The notes: generated by a model from the letters alone, not told the origin. Shown: positions 49,295-57,717, counted from the stretch's first letter. The stretch is DNA of 64,000 bases from an uncultured Gammaproteobacteria bacterium (GCA_964452165.1 CAYVKP010000001.1:554729-618728); one strand, 5' to 3'. A program made the numbers and translations.

Positions 49295-50965
49295 GTGCCG
49301 CTCGAAAAAAGTACTAAAACAAGACGAAAATACATCTTTGTCTCCGGAGGAGTCATCTCAGGCATCGGAAAAGGAATAACTTCAGCTTCAATTGCGCTTC
49401 TGCTCAAACAGGCAGGTTATAAAATTGCTCCAATTAAGTTCGAGAATTACTTGAATCTTGACGCTGGCACAATCAATCCTATTGAGCACGGCGATCCGTT
49501 CCTTTGCGAAGACGGGACTGAGGGAGATATGGACATAGGCTCATACGAGAAATTCCTAAATGAAGATATGGGTCGTGACAACTTTGTTACGATGGGAAAG
49601 ATCTATCAAACAGTTATTGACCGCGAGCGCCGATTTGAATATAACGGTGAGGACGTTGAAGCGATTCCTCATATAACTGATGAGATTATTTCAAGGATCG
49701 AAAGTGTAGGTAGAAAGCGCGATGCTGACATTGTAATGATAGAGCTTGGAGGAACAGCCGGCGAATATCAAAATGTATTTTACTATGAGGCAAGTAGAAT
49801 TATGACTCTCAAAAACCCCGGTGACGTGATCCATGTTCATGTTTCATACGTTCCTACTCCTTCTCACCTTGGAGAACCAAAGACAAAACCAACCCAACTT
49901 TCCGTTCGTACGTTAAATTCCATGGGAATTCAGCCTGATTTTATAGTTGCAAGATCTGAGAAATACCTAGATCAGCGACGCCGCGACCGATTCGCACTCT
50001 TTTGTAATATGGACGGGGAGCATATCATTTCAAACCCCGACGTTGAAACGGTTTACGAAGTTCCTCTGGTTTTGCACAAGCAAGATCTTGACCGTAAGAT
50101 TTTGACAAAGCTAGGATTGGAATCAAAAGATCCTGATCTCTCAGAGTGGGAGAAGTTGGTCTCAAAAATTAAGGGACCCAAGAAGAAGACTGTTAATATT
50201 GCCATTGTTGGTAAATATTTTGGAACAGGGGAATATCAAATCCGAGATTCTTATGCTGCGCTGTTTGATGCTTTGGATCATGCCTCATGGTTCAATAATA
50301 TTGAGATTAAAACCCATTGGATTGACGCTGAGAAAGTAGAAAAAGAAGGAGTAGAAATAATTGGTAAGCCGGACGGAATAATTGTTCCAATCGGGTGGGG
50401 AGTAAGGGGCGCTGAAGGAATGATTGCGGCGGCTTCTTATGCGAGAGAAAATAAAATCCCATATCTTGGGCTTTGTTATGGCATGCAGCTTGCTGTTATT
50501 GCTTATGCAAGAGATGTTTTAGGTTGGCGCGATGCCAACACAAACGAAAACGAAGACAAGACCACCCACGCGGTAATTCACATTATTGAATCGCAAAAAG
50601 AACATATGAAAAACAGATCGTATGGTGGGACAATGAGGCTTGGAAGCTGGGAAGCAGTAGTTAAGAAAGGGACTCGCGCTTTTGAATTCTACAAAGAGTT
50701 TGGGGAGATGGACGAGAAAACCGGGTTGACCTCCGAGCGCCACAGACATAGATATGAATTTAACAACGAGTTTGCCAAAGACTATGAGGATAAGGGTCTT
50801 GTCATATCGGCTCGTTCAGTTATGGAAAACTTGGTCGAGATAATAGAGCTGTCCGAAAACGAGCACCCGTTTTACCTTGGGACTCAAGGACACCCTGAAT
50901 ATAAAAGTCGCCCCCTTAAGCCTCATCCATTCTTCATTGAATATCTCAAAGCCTGCGCCAAATAA
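49295..50965 (+). CDS. pyrG: CTP synthase
   Basis: KYIFVSGGVISGIGKGITSAS is the synthase domain. The C-terminal GATase has GLCYGMQLAVI with the catalytic Cys. GTG start. Confidence 0.9.
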   Translation: MPLEKSTKTRRKYIFVSGGVISGIGKGITSASIALLLKQAGYKIAPIKFENYLNLDAGTINPIEHGDPFLCEDGTEGDMDIGSYEKFLNEDMGRDNFVTMGKIYQTVIDRERRFEYNGEDVEAIPHITDEIISRIESVGRKRDADIVMIELGGTAGEYQNVFYYEASRIMTLKNPGDVIHVHVSYVPTPSHLGEPKTKPTQLSVRTLNSMGIQPDFIVARSEKYLDQRRRDRFALFCNMDGEHIISNPDVETVYEVPLVLHKQDLDRKILTKLGLESKDPDLSEWEKLVSKIKGPKKKTVNIAIVGKYFGTGEYQIRDSYAALFDALDHASWFNNIEIKTHWIDAEKVEKEGVEIIGKPDGIIVPIGWGVRGAEGMIAAASYARENKIPYLGLCYGMQLAVIAYARDVLGWRDANTNENEDKTTHAVIHIIESQKEHMKNRSYGGTMRLGSWEAVVKKGTRAFEFYKEFGEMDEKTGLTSERHRHRYEFNNEFAKDYEDKGLVISARSVMENLVEIIELSENEHPFYLGTQGHPEYKSRPLKPHPFFIEYLKACAK

Positions 50966-51210
50966 TCCTCTTCTACTTTTGAGCCGTCAAAAGTAGCAAA
51001 AGCTCTCTTGCGCGCAAGCCGGGCTAATTTTCTCGCTTGCTCGTCGGGAGGAAAACCTCCCCCTCCGACAGTTCGTCGGGTCTCCCCCTGACTCGTTCGC
51101 TCCAAAATATTCACGCCCTTTGATGCGCATGCAAGATATTGAAAGAAGCATGCTCCATTACTAGGACGAACAGTGGATTTTTTGCTTCGGAATTTGTATA
51201 ATAACAACTT
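50966..51210 (+). promoter_or_regulatory. 245-nt GC-rich structured leader or candidate ncRNA upstream of rplS
   Basis: Contains a 10-bp hairpin at 50975-50998, the palindrome CTTGCGCGCAAG, two related units GTCGGGAGGaaaacCTCCCCCTCCGAC and GTCGGGTCTCCCCCTGAC, and a GCATGC...GCATGC stem. Confidence 0.3.
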
Positions 51211-51483
51211 ATGCAAGATCTAGCGTTACGCGAAGGCAAGCAAGTCAGAGTCGTTCAAAAAGTAGTTGAAGGCAAAAGGGAGCGAAATGTTCCTTTTGTC
51301 GGTCTCATCTTGAGAGTCCGTGGACAGGGTATTAACAAGATGATTACCGTGAGACAAAACCTTGAAGGAATTGACGTTGAGCGAATTTTTCCTATCTCTT
51401 CACCCACAATTACCAAAATTGAGTTGGTTGAAGAGAAAGCTAGGAAAGCGGGCGGCAAAAAGAAGAAAAAATCTTCTAGATAA
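51211..51483 (+). CDS. rplS: 50S ribosomal protein L19
   Basis: GKQVRVVQKVVEGKRERNVPFVGLILRVRGQGINKMITVRQNLEGIDVERIFPISSP is the L19 signature. Confidence 0.85.
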   Translation: MQDLALREGKQVRVVQKVVEGKRERNVPFVGLILRVRGQGINKMITVRQNLEGIDVERIFPISSPTITKIELVEEKARKAGGKKKKKSSR

Positions 51484-51582
51484 GCATTACCTGCTCCCAC
51501 CTCTTTCATAACTCTTACCCAATTCTTCTTGCCTTATAAATTGCTCTCCTTAGAATAGTTTTATACATGAAAAGGCGAGGAG

Positions 51583-51723
51583 GTGAGCATTATGGCTAGT
51601 AGGAAAAAAGGCTCAGGACGAGGTTGGCATGGAGATTCCGCGGGACATGCAGCAGCAGGTAGAAAGGGAGGACTTGCATCACGAAGAAGAAGGCAAGGAT
51701 CTGGTTCCCAAATGTCCATGTAG
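51583..51723 (+). CDS. Small (46 aa) glycine/arginine-rich protein, KGG-repeat stress-protein-like
   Basis: MASRKKGSGRGWHGDSAGHAAAGRKGGLASRRRRQGSGSQMSM. A strong SD GGAGGTGA lies 7 nt upstream and an intrinsic terminator follows. The ORF is missing from the 60-aa ORF track. Confidence 0.4.
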   Translation: MSIMASRKKGSGRGWHGDSAGHAAAGRKGGLASRRRRQGSGSQMSM

Positions 51724-51740
51724 CATCTAACTTGGAGGAA

Positions 51741-51768
51741 AAAGCAGCTGATCACAGCTGCTTTTTTT
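51741..51768 (+). terminator. Rho-independent terminator (GCAGCTG-atca-CAGCTGC + T7)
   Basis: A perfect 7-bp GC-rich stem with a 4-nt loop, followed by TTTTTTT. Confidence 0.6.
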
Positions 51769-51779
51769 GTGCGAATTGC

Positions 51780-51809
51780 TTGACAGATAGCAAAATCTTT
51801 GTCTAATAT
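51780..51809 (+). promoter_or_regulatory. Sigma70-like promoter (TTGACA-18-TAATAT) with an embedded GACA...TGTC inverted repeat
   Basis: TTGACAgatagcaaaatctTTGTCTAATAT. The architecture is similar to the promoter at 46502. Confidence 0.45.
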
Positions 51810-51847
51810 TAGAAACACGTAAGATTTACGTAAAAGAATTTATATAT

Positions 51848-52324
51848 ATGCCGGACTTGTCAGCTTTTCGCTCTAAAACTTATTCGTTTGAAAAAAAGTT
51901 TTTACTTACAGTTTACAAAGGGATATATAAGACAAAAATCAAAATGGAGTGTGCTCCTACGGCAGTCAATACGGGTCAGCTTCCTCATACCTACAAAGTT
52001 TTAAGATCCCTTCTTCCCTCGGTTTTCAGAACCCGCTGTTATAACGAGAATAATTATCCGTTCTCAGTTGAAGTGAAAAAAACAGAGCTAGCACATCTTT
52101 TTGAGCATGTGATGCTTGAATATCTATGTCAATATAAGATTGCCATGGGGCACAAGCGTGTAAGTTTTGCGGGTGTTACTGATTGGAATTGGAGAGATGA
52201 TCCCTACGGGACATTTCACATAACTCTCGAAATTGGAAAACGCGAGCAGATGGCTTTTGATCACGCGTTTAAAAAGAGTGTAGCTTTGTTTGAAAGTCTT
52301 TTCAACGAAAAACAGATGGCGTAA
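51848..52324 (+). CDS. Hypothetical protein (158 aa; the start may be the internal M at 51938)
   Basis: Open frame with no recognisable domain. Confidence 0.4.
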   Translation: MPDLSAFRSKTYSFEKKFLLTVYKGIYKTKIKMECAPTAVNTGQLPHTYKVLRSLLPSVFRTRCYNENNYPFSVEVKKTELAHLFEHVMLEYLCQYKIAMGHKRVSFAGVTDWNWRDDPYGTFHITLEIGKREQMAFDHAFKKSVALFESLFNEKQMA

Positions 52325-52356
52325 GCTTATCCATCTGTTTTTCTAGATTTACCAAA

Positions 52357-52551
52357 CTATTCCTCGTAGTCTGGAGTTTCTGCAGTATCTTCCTCAAGAT
52401 CTGTATCCGTATCAAAGTCGACATCGGAAGTTTCTCCTTCTTGAGTTGTTGTGTCTTGGCTTGCTTCCCCGACTCCACCCTTACTTCCTTCAGTTTCGGT
52501 TTCCGTTTCGCTTTCTTGGTTCATTGTTTTCTTTGGATCTTCAAATAACAT
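52357..52551 (-). CDS. Hyper-acidic 64-aa protein (D/E/T-rich)
   Basis: MLFEDPKKTMNQESETETETEGSKGGVGEASQDTTTQEGETSDVDFDTDTDLEEDTAETPDYEE. A strong SD AAAGGGGGTGA lies 6 nt upstream. Confidence 0.45.
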   Translation of the reverse strand: MLFEDPKKTMNQESETETETEGSKGGVGEASQDTTTQEGETSDVDFDTDTDLEEDTAETPDYEE

Positions 52552-52660
52552 TTAATTTCACCCCCTTTCCATTAATATTTATTGCTTAATGTTAAAGTAG
52601 GGCAGCGGGAAGCAAGTAAAAGTGGAGTAAGAAAATAAAAAGAAAAACGGGTAATAAATT

Positions 52661-54172
52661 TTATCTAAAACCAAGTCCCGGATCAACTCCAGCATCAAAA
52701 GGAATTTTTACTTCCTCATCTGTAAAGTTATATCTTTCTATTCTCCAGCCATTTTTAAGTGTAACAACGGATGCGGGTGTGGTGTCTATTTTTAAGCGAT
52801 TTTTTCTCCACCATTCGTACGAAAGATATGGATTATTAGCAGCAGGCGTTGCAACTACTATATAAGTTATGTTTTTTTTGGCAAAGTAGGAGGCATTTTT
52901 ATTCGGTCGCACTTTTTGCTGTTGGAGCAGCGCGTATTTTGGGCCATAGCCAATAATATCCGGAGTGTAAACGAAATATCCAAATTCTTTTTCTTTCCCG
53001 GAATAAACCTTGCCAGCCATGTTACTTAAAAATTTCCACGAAGTTTCATGAATTCCAATAGTGGTACGCGAATCGGAAATGTCAGTCAGTGCCGTCCTAA
53101 TATTTAGAATATAAATAATCCCGAAAATCAAAAGAAAGAGTGGTTTATATTTTGAAGTTGAGAATGATGAGAAGATTAAGAAAACGAGCGGGAAGAAGGG
53201 GTAGAAATAAAAATATAGAATTGGGCCGCGATTAATAAGAGTTGTAACAAAGTACCCGACGTAAAAATAAAGGAAGAGAAAATAGATATTCCTGTGCTTT
53301 TTATTTTTGATCTGGGTGATAAAAAAGAAAATAAAAATCGCTCCTGTTACGCTATTTAAAAGATGCGGGTCAAATCTGAGAATTTCAACGTTTGTTGTCA
53401 AAAGCATACTGCGAACCGAGAGCATGTTCGAAAGACTATACTTGACTGAGTCGCCACTTGTTGGGGATAGGTATCTCATAACAGAATGGAGCATTAGGAA
53501 CTGATGCTTGAGTTCGAATGCAACAAAGTTGAGCAGCGGAAGAATGATTAAGAGCAAGGCCAGCAGGTGGGCTCTTTGTTTTGTTCGAATCAATTTAAAC
53601 ACCAAAAGAATCACAGATAAAGCGAATAGAGGAATACCGATAGCAAGCTCGAAATGAATTATCAGACCCGAGATAAGTACGTAGAGCGCGAGGAGTTTAA
53701 AATCTTTCTTCTCAAAATATTTAACCAGGATAGCAAAATTGATTGGGATTAAAAACATTGCGCCGTCCGGATTGAACATGCCGTGGGCATGGAAAACCAT
53801 ATAGAGCGCGGTCATTGAGGCAAATAAATATCCGGTCAATTCGTCAAATAGGCTTTTGCCTACCTTATAGCAAGCAAATGCAAAAATAGCGCAAAGCAAA
53901 ATCCAAAACCAGCCAACCACAACAGGACTTCCATTTCCCAGGAGATACGCCGGATAATTAAGGTATATCCATAAAGGCCCATGGAAAAGACCCTCTACGC
54001 TGCTTTTTGGACCAATCAAAACTATTTTTTTCTGTGTAATTTCAGCAAACAATAAGAAGTCGCGTGCTATGTCAGAAGAGAAGGTAATGTCGCCATTTAT
54101 GACCCACCAGGAGGCAAGAATTAGTGATATTACAATCGCCAGAATGAAACCAAGTTTTAGCCTTTGAGACAT
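52661..54172 (-). CDS. GT-C-fold membrane glycosyltransferase (ArnT/PMT-like), third copy in the window
   Basis: Polytopic protein. The start is set at MSQRLKLGFILAIV (54172) because the 76-aa upstream extension of the track ORF is non-membrane, GC-rich, and overlaps the divergent gene. Confidence 0.5.
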   Translation of the reverse strand: MSQRLKLGFILAIVISLILASWWVINGDITFSSDIARDFLLFAEITQKKIVLIGPKSSVEGLFHGPLWIYLNYPAYLLGNGSPVVVGWFWILLCAIFAFACYKVGKSLFDELTGYLFASMTALYMVFHAHGMFNPDGAMFLIPINFAILVKYFEKKDFKLLALYVLISGLIIHFELAIGIPLFALSVILLVFKLIRTKQRAHLLALLLIILPLLNFVAFELKHQFLMLHSVMRYLSPTSGDSVKYSLSNMLSVRSMLLTTNVEILRFDPHLLNSVTGAIFIFFFITQIKNKKHRNIYFLFLYFYVGYFVTTLINRGPILYFYFYPFFPLVFLIFSSFSTSKYKPLFLLIFGIIYILNIRTALTDISDSRTTIGIHETSWKFLSNMAGKVYSGKEKEFGYFVYTPDIIGYGPKYALLQQQKVRPNKNASYFAKKNITYIVVATPAANNPYLSYEWWRKNRLKIDTTPASVVTLKNGWRIERYNFTDEEVKIPFDAGVDPGLGFR

Positions 54173-54224
54173 TTTCTTGATTATAGCATTTCGGAAATTT
54201 GACCCGGAGGAGTAAAATATAGGG

Positions 54225-54794
54225 GTGAAAGAAACGTTTGCCATTGGGCAAAGTGGAAGAACGCCGGACGGCGGATACCTGAGCGTTGTAGAAAAAAGCA
54301 AAACTTCTGATTTCCAAATTCCAGGCAGCACCGCAAGACACGAGGGACACCACATGTCACCCAATCCTGAGAATGTGAGAGGGGCCTCAATAAACCCCAA
54401 AGGAGATTCCCTGGGACAGACAGAACTGATTACTTTTGATCCTAATGCTGCTCTTCGTCCTCACAAAAAAGGAATGGGTGGGACGGGCTGGGATAGATAT
54501 ATAACTGTGGCCCATGGATATAGTGAAAATAGCGGATCTGATGGTGACGCAGAGGAAGATGAATTGGCATATGTATTCGCCGGAGTTCTAGAGGCAAGAA
54601 AAGTGATGGGCCATTGGGAGATCCAGGATGTTGCCCACGAAGTGAAACATGGGAAAGAAGTCAGTGTATTTTATACTCCTCCAAGCGGAGAAACCCAAAT
54701 TCAAAAGCAAAACGTGGAATGGAGTGTGAAAAGAGTGGAAGTGGTCATGGAGCCAAACAAGGAATACGAACCCGAGCTCGCCCTCGCCGCATAA
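54225..54794 (+). CDS. Hypothetical protein (GTG start at 54225, or ATG at 54351)
   Basis: Open frame with about 47-50% GC and no known domain. Confidence 0.35.
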   Translation: MKETFAIGQSGRTPDGGYLSVVEKSKTSDFQIPGSTARHEGHHMSPNPENVRGASINPKGDSLGQTELITFDPNAALRPHKKGMGGTGWDRYITVAHGYSENSGSDGDAEEDELAYVFAGVLEARKVMGHWEIQDVAHEVKHGKEVSVFYTPPSGETQIQKQNVEWSVKRVEVVMEPNKEYEPELALAA

Positions 54795-54820
54795 GCTAAA
54801 TCGTTGATATAATACCCCTA

Positions 54821-55282
54821 ATGCAAATAAGACAATATCAACCGGCAGACAAAAAATCAGTTTTTGAGCTACACGTTCGTGCTTTGGAAAATGAAAAGGC
54901 ACGGATGTACACGGGTCATTGGGAAGAAGACTTCAATAACATTGAAGGAATTTACCTGCAAAATAGAGGAGATTTTTTAGTTGGTGAAATAAGTGGAAAA
55001 ATTGTAGCAATGGGTGGTTTAAGAAAAATGACTAATGAAATTGTAGAAGTAAGAAGAATGAGAGTGGACCCAGATTTTCAGAGAAGAGGTCTCGGGCAAG
55101 AAATTCTTGATGCATTAGAACTGAAAGCTAAGGAGTTGGGATATAAAATAATCCAACTAAACACATCTGCTAAACAAGTCCCCGCTCAAAAATTTTATTT
55201 GAAGAACGGTTATAAGGAAATAAGAAGAGAAACAGAGGGTTGGGTAGTTGATAATATTATTTACCAAAAGCCAATAAAATAA
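54821..55282 (+). CDS. GNAT-family N-acetyltransferase
   Basis: RRMRVDPDFQRRGLGQEIL is the acetyl-CoA binding motif A (Q/RxxGxG/A). Confidence 0.8.
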   Translation: MQIRQYQPADKKSVFELHVRALENEKARMYTGHWEEDFNNIEGIYLQNRGDFLVGEISGKIVAMGGLRKMTNEIVEVRRMRVDPDFQRRGLGQEILDALELKAKELGYKIIQLNTSAKQVPAQKFYLKNGYKEIRRETEGWVVDNIIYQKPIK

Positions 55283-55411
55283 AAGCTGTGAACCTAACTA
55301 TCCACAGTTCGAACCCACTATTAAGTTTTGGGCAACTCTAAGTTCATCTTACGAACGTACGGATGACAAATACACGGACGGTTGACACAGAAATATAAAT
55401 AGCAAATACTT

Positions 55412-56545
55412 ATGTATATGGAAGATAATATTAAGACAGAAAAACAACCAATAGAAAATTCGGCATCTGAACAAATTCCGCCCACTTCCAATGTTTTAGA
55501 GCCTAAGCCTAAACATAGACCCCCGATTATAGTCACAATTATCATTTTATTCTTATTAGTAGTCGGAACTGCCTCTGCGTATTTATATTTTCAAAGAAGC
55601 ATGACAAAAACAGTCGGAACCCTCTGTGACCCATGTGAAAACTGGTCGTCTCCAACTCCTGACCCAACCGCCAATTGGAAAACATATACAAACAATTCGG
55701 CAAGCTTTTCTATAAAGTATGATCCACTCTGGAAAATAACAGATAATAATAAAACTGTGTTTTATAATGGGAATCCTTCATGGGAGGTTAAATTTAACAT
55801 TACTGAAGGAACCGATCTATACATCAATATATCGGAAAATGGAAACTTCAAGAATGATGAGGATTATTTAAATTTCTATAAAAAAGAATTTAGCTATGGC
55901 TCAGGGTTAAATTCTGGTAATTCTGAAGAAATTAAAGTTGATGGTATCAATGCATTACTTACTAAAGAATCAAAGACACCGACTGAAAAAGGGCAAAAAG
56001 GAGAACCTCCATTCTGGCACACAGAAGTATTTGCATTCAATGATGGAAAGACCTATGATATTTTACTCAAGAGCGATTTAAAAAGTGGTAACCAGGAGCC
56101 TCTACTTAAGCAAATCCTTTCGACCTTCAAATTCATTAATAAACAGGAATCAGGCAATGAATTAAATAAATTTATTTCCTATAAAATACCTGAAGGGTGG
56201 AGCGATGTTACCAAACCCGCTTCAGATTCAATATCAATTGAGGACCCCAATTATTATTCCGGTAGTTCTGACCAGTTAGGAATTGCGATATACAGATCTA
56301 CAGCTCTGGGTAATTTAGACTATTATAAAAATTTGTATAAAGGAGCAAATCAAGTTAAAGGAAATACGGTAATTGATAATGAACCGGCAATAATAGTTGA
56401 TATGAATTACGAAGGACACTCCTTGGACTATGATGTTATTAAAAATGGATTTATGTGGTATATAAGTTTTCAATCAGCAGGACATGCGGAGCAAAAATAC
56501 AACAAAGAGATCCAAGAGTTTATTAAATCAATAAAATTTAAATAA
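55412..56545 (+). CDS. N-terminally anchored extracellular N/K-rich protein
   Basis: A TM helix at residues 48-68, with an otherwise hydrophilic, domain-less extracellular part. Confidence 0.45.
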   Translation: MYMEDNIKTEKQPIENSASEQIPPTSNVLEPKPKHRPPIIVTIIILFLLVVGTASAYLYFQRSMTKTVGTLCDPCENWSSPTPDPTANWKTYTNNSASFSIKYDPLWKITDNNKTVFYNGNPSWEVKFNITEGTDLYINISENGNFKNDEDYLNFYKKEFSYGSGLNSGNSEEIKVDGINALLTKESKTPTEKGQKGEPPFWHTEVFAFNDGKTYDILLKSDLKSGNQEPLLKQILSTFKFINKQESGNELNKFISYKIPEGWSDVTKPASDSISIEDPNYYSGSSDQLGIAIYRSTALGNLDYYKNLYKGANQVKGNTVIDNEPAIIVDMNYEGHSLDYDVIKNGFMWYISFQSAGHAEQKYNKEIQEFIKSIKFK

Positions 56546-56712
56546 TGGAAGAAAGTATTAAAATTGAAAACCAGCTATTATCGACCTATTACCCTGATGG
56601 AGTATCGAACCAAAATGAGGCTAAAAAATAAATATGAAAAAGATTATAACCCTAAACTGCTATATTTCCACGCTCAAGCGGTTCGAACCTCTTGCCTGAG
56701 TGTTCCTTTATG

Positions 56713-56784
56713 TGACGCCTACGGGAGTCGAACCCGTCCTACAGGGATGAAAGCCCTGTTTCCTAACCGATAGAAGAAGGCGCC
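56713..56784 (-). tRNA. tRNA-Glu (anticodon TTC)
   Basis: The reverse complement folds as acceptor GGCGCCT/AGGCGTC, anticodon loop CTTTCAT, T-arm ACGGG-TTCGACT-CCCGT. Confidence 0.8.
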
Positions 56785-56794
56785 GCGACTTACA

Positions 56795-56823
56795 ATTATA
56801 TTAAAGTGGGCCTCAAACATCAA
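56795..56823 (-). promoter_or_regulatory. Sigma70-like promoter for tRNA-Glu (TTGATG-17-TATAAT, 8 nt to +1)
   Basis: Minus strand: TTGATG at 56823-56818, a 17-nt spacer, then TATAAT at 56800-56795. Confidence 0.5.
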
Positions 56824-56879
56824 ATCAAAAGAAAACATTCCCATTTCTGAGAATGCTTTCTTTGTTTACAAACCAGTTT

Positions 56880-57548
56880 TTAAAGCTTTTTTGATAGCTT
56901 TACTAAAATGTCACGTGCAACCTCTTTTCCTCCAAGTCCAAAAGCCAAGCCACCGGCCAATGCTACCATCGCTATGATTCCTGCAAAAAGAATCTTTATC
57001 AAATCACTTGCAATACCAAGCTGATTTAAGGCAATGAGGACTGCAAATACTACGATTGCATATCTTCCTGCGTTTGCTACGGTTCTTGCTGATTCGCTTG
57101 AAACGCCACTAACTGATGCTAACAAAAGGTCATGTACCAGTCTTCCGACTACAAAACCAACTAAAAGCAAAAGTACTGCAACGATTACGTTTGGCAAGAA
57201 AGACAAAAAGTTATTTAGGATAACAACGAATTGTCCAAGCCCCCAAATGTCTGCTGTTGGAGCAAGAAATAAGACGATTACAAACCAGCGTGCGAGTTCT
57301 GCCAAGAAATTGGTCCATGAAACTCCCTCGCGGCTTTTGCTTTCAGGAACCCCATATCTATCCAAAAGCGAATCAAGCTTTACAATTTTAAAGACCTGAA
57401 TTAAAACTTGCTTCACGATGGACGCAATGATCAAACCGATCAAAAGAACAATGAGACCAGTAATAAAACGTGGGACAAAAAGGGCAGCTGAAGCAACTGT
57501 ATTGTTAAGAGTTGTCGTAAATAATTCATTTACGTTCTCAAACTGCAT
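56880..57548 (-). CDS. Small polytopic membrane protein (MscS-associated 'conserved TM helix' repeat-like)
   Basis: Five to six TM helices with repeated helix motifs. No soluble domain. Confidence 0.4.
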   Translation of the reverse strand: MQFENVNELFTTTLNNTVASAALFVPRFITGLIVLLIGLIIASIVKQVLIQVFKIVKLDSLLDRYGVPESKSREGVSWTNFLAELARWFVIVLFLAPTADIWGLGQFVVILNNFLSFLPNVIVAVLLLLVGFVVGRLVHDLLLASVSGVSSESARTVANAGRYAIVVFAVLIALNQLGIASDLIKILFAGIIAMVALAGGLAFGLGGKEVARDILVKLSKKL

Positions 57549-57647
57549 ATTATTTCACCTCCTCTCGTAATTAAGTCTAGAAAAAAAGCTAACTCTTCCC
57601 AGAAGTTAACAAGAAAAGATTGATTTGTCAATGCTTTTTTCACTTTC

Positions 57648-57717
57648 TAGGTTCGGGCTTGTTGATTTAGGTTCGGGTCTTCTGATAAAATTGAGTGTTC
57701 GAATTTTAGTTCGGGCC
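57648..57717 (+). repeat. Imperfect tandem repeats (TAGGTTCGGGCTTGTTGATT / TAGGTTCGGGTCTTCTGATA / TAGTTCGGGCC) running into the tRNA-Lys 5' end
   Basis: Two adjacent 20-nt units share 15 of 20 positions. The third partial copy overlaps the tRNA acceptor stem GGGCCGA. GTTCGAATTTTAGTTCGGGCC also echoes the tRNA 3' end GTTCGAATCCCAGTCGGCTC. Confidence 0.6.

Noticed and set aside
50923-51216. 97-aa minus-strand ORF overlapping the pyrG 3' end and the rplS leader
   Set aside because: It overlaps a confidently called gene and sits in a GC-rich structured spacer where long antisense ORFs arise by chance. It has no RBS or motif.
54173-54400. 76-aa N-terminal extension of the GT-C ORF (MGFIEAPLTFSGLGDMWCPSCLAV...)
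   Set aside because: It is non-membrane, Cys and Pro-rich, and unlike the rest of the protein. It overlaps the divergent ORF head-to-head. The membrane domain begins right after an internal Met (MSQRLK) at 54172.
55283-55411. tRNA-like T-loop motif GTTCGAACC after the GNAT gene, considered as a sixth tRNA
   Set aside because: It contains only a palindromic GGTTCGAACC-like hairpin preceded by CTGTG...CACAG. No acceptor or anticodon arms can be formed, so it is probably a terminator-like hairpin.
56564-56773. 69-aa plus-strand ORF (MKTSYYRPITLMEY...)
   Set aside because: It runs antisense through tRNA-Glu (56713-56784) and its terminator-like hairpin, so it is not coding.
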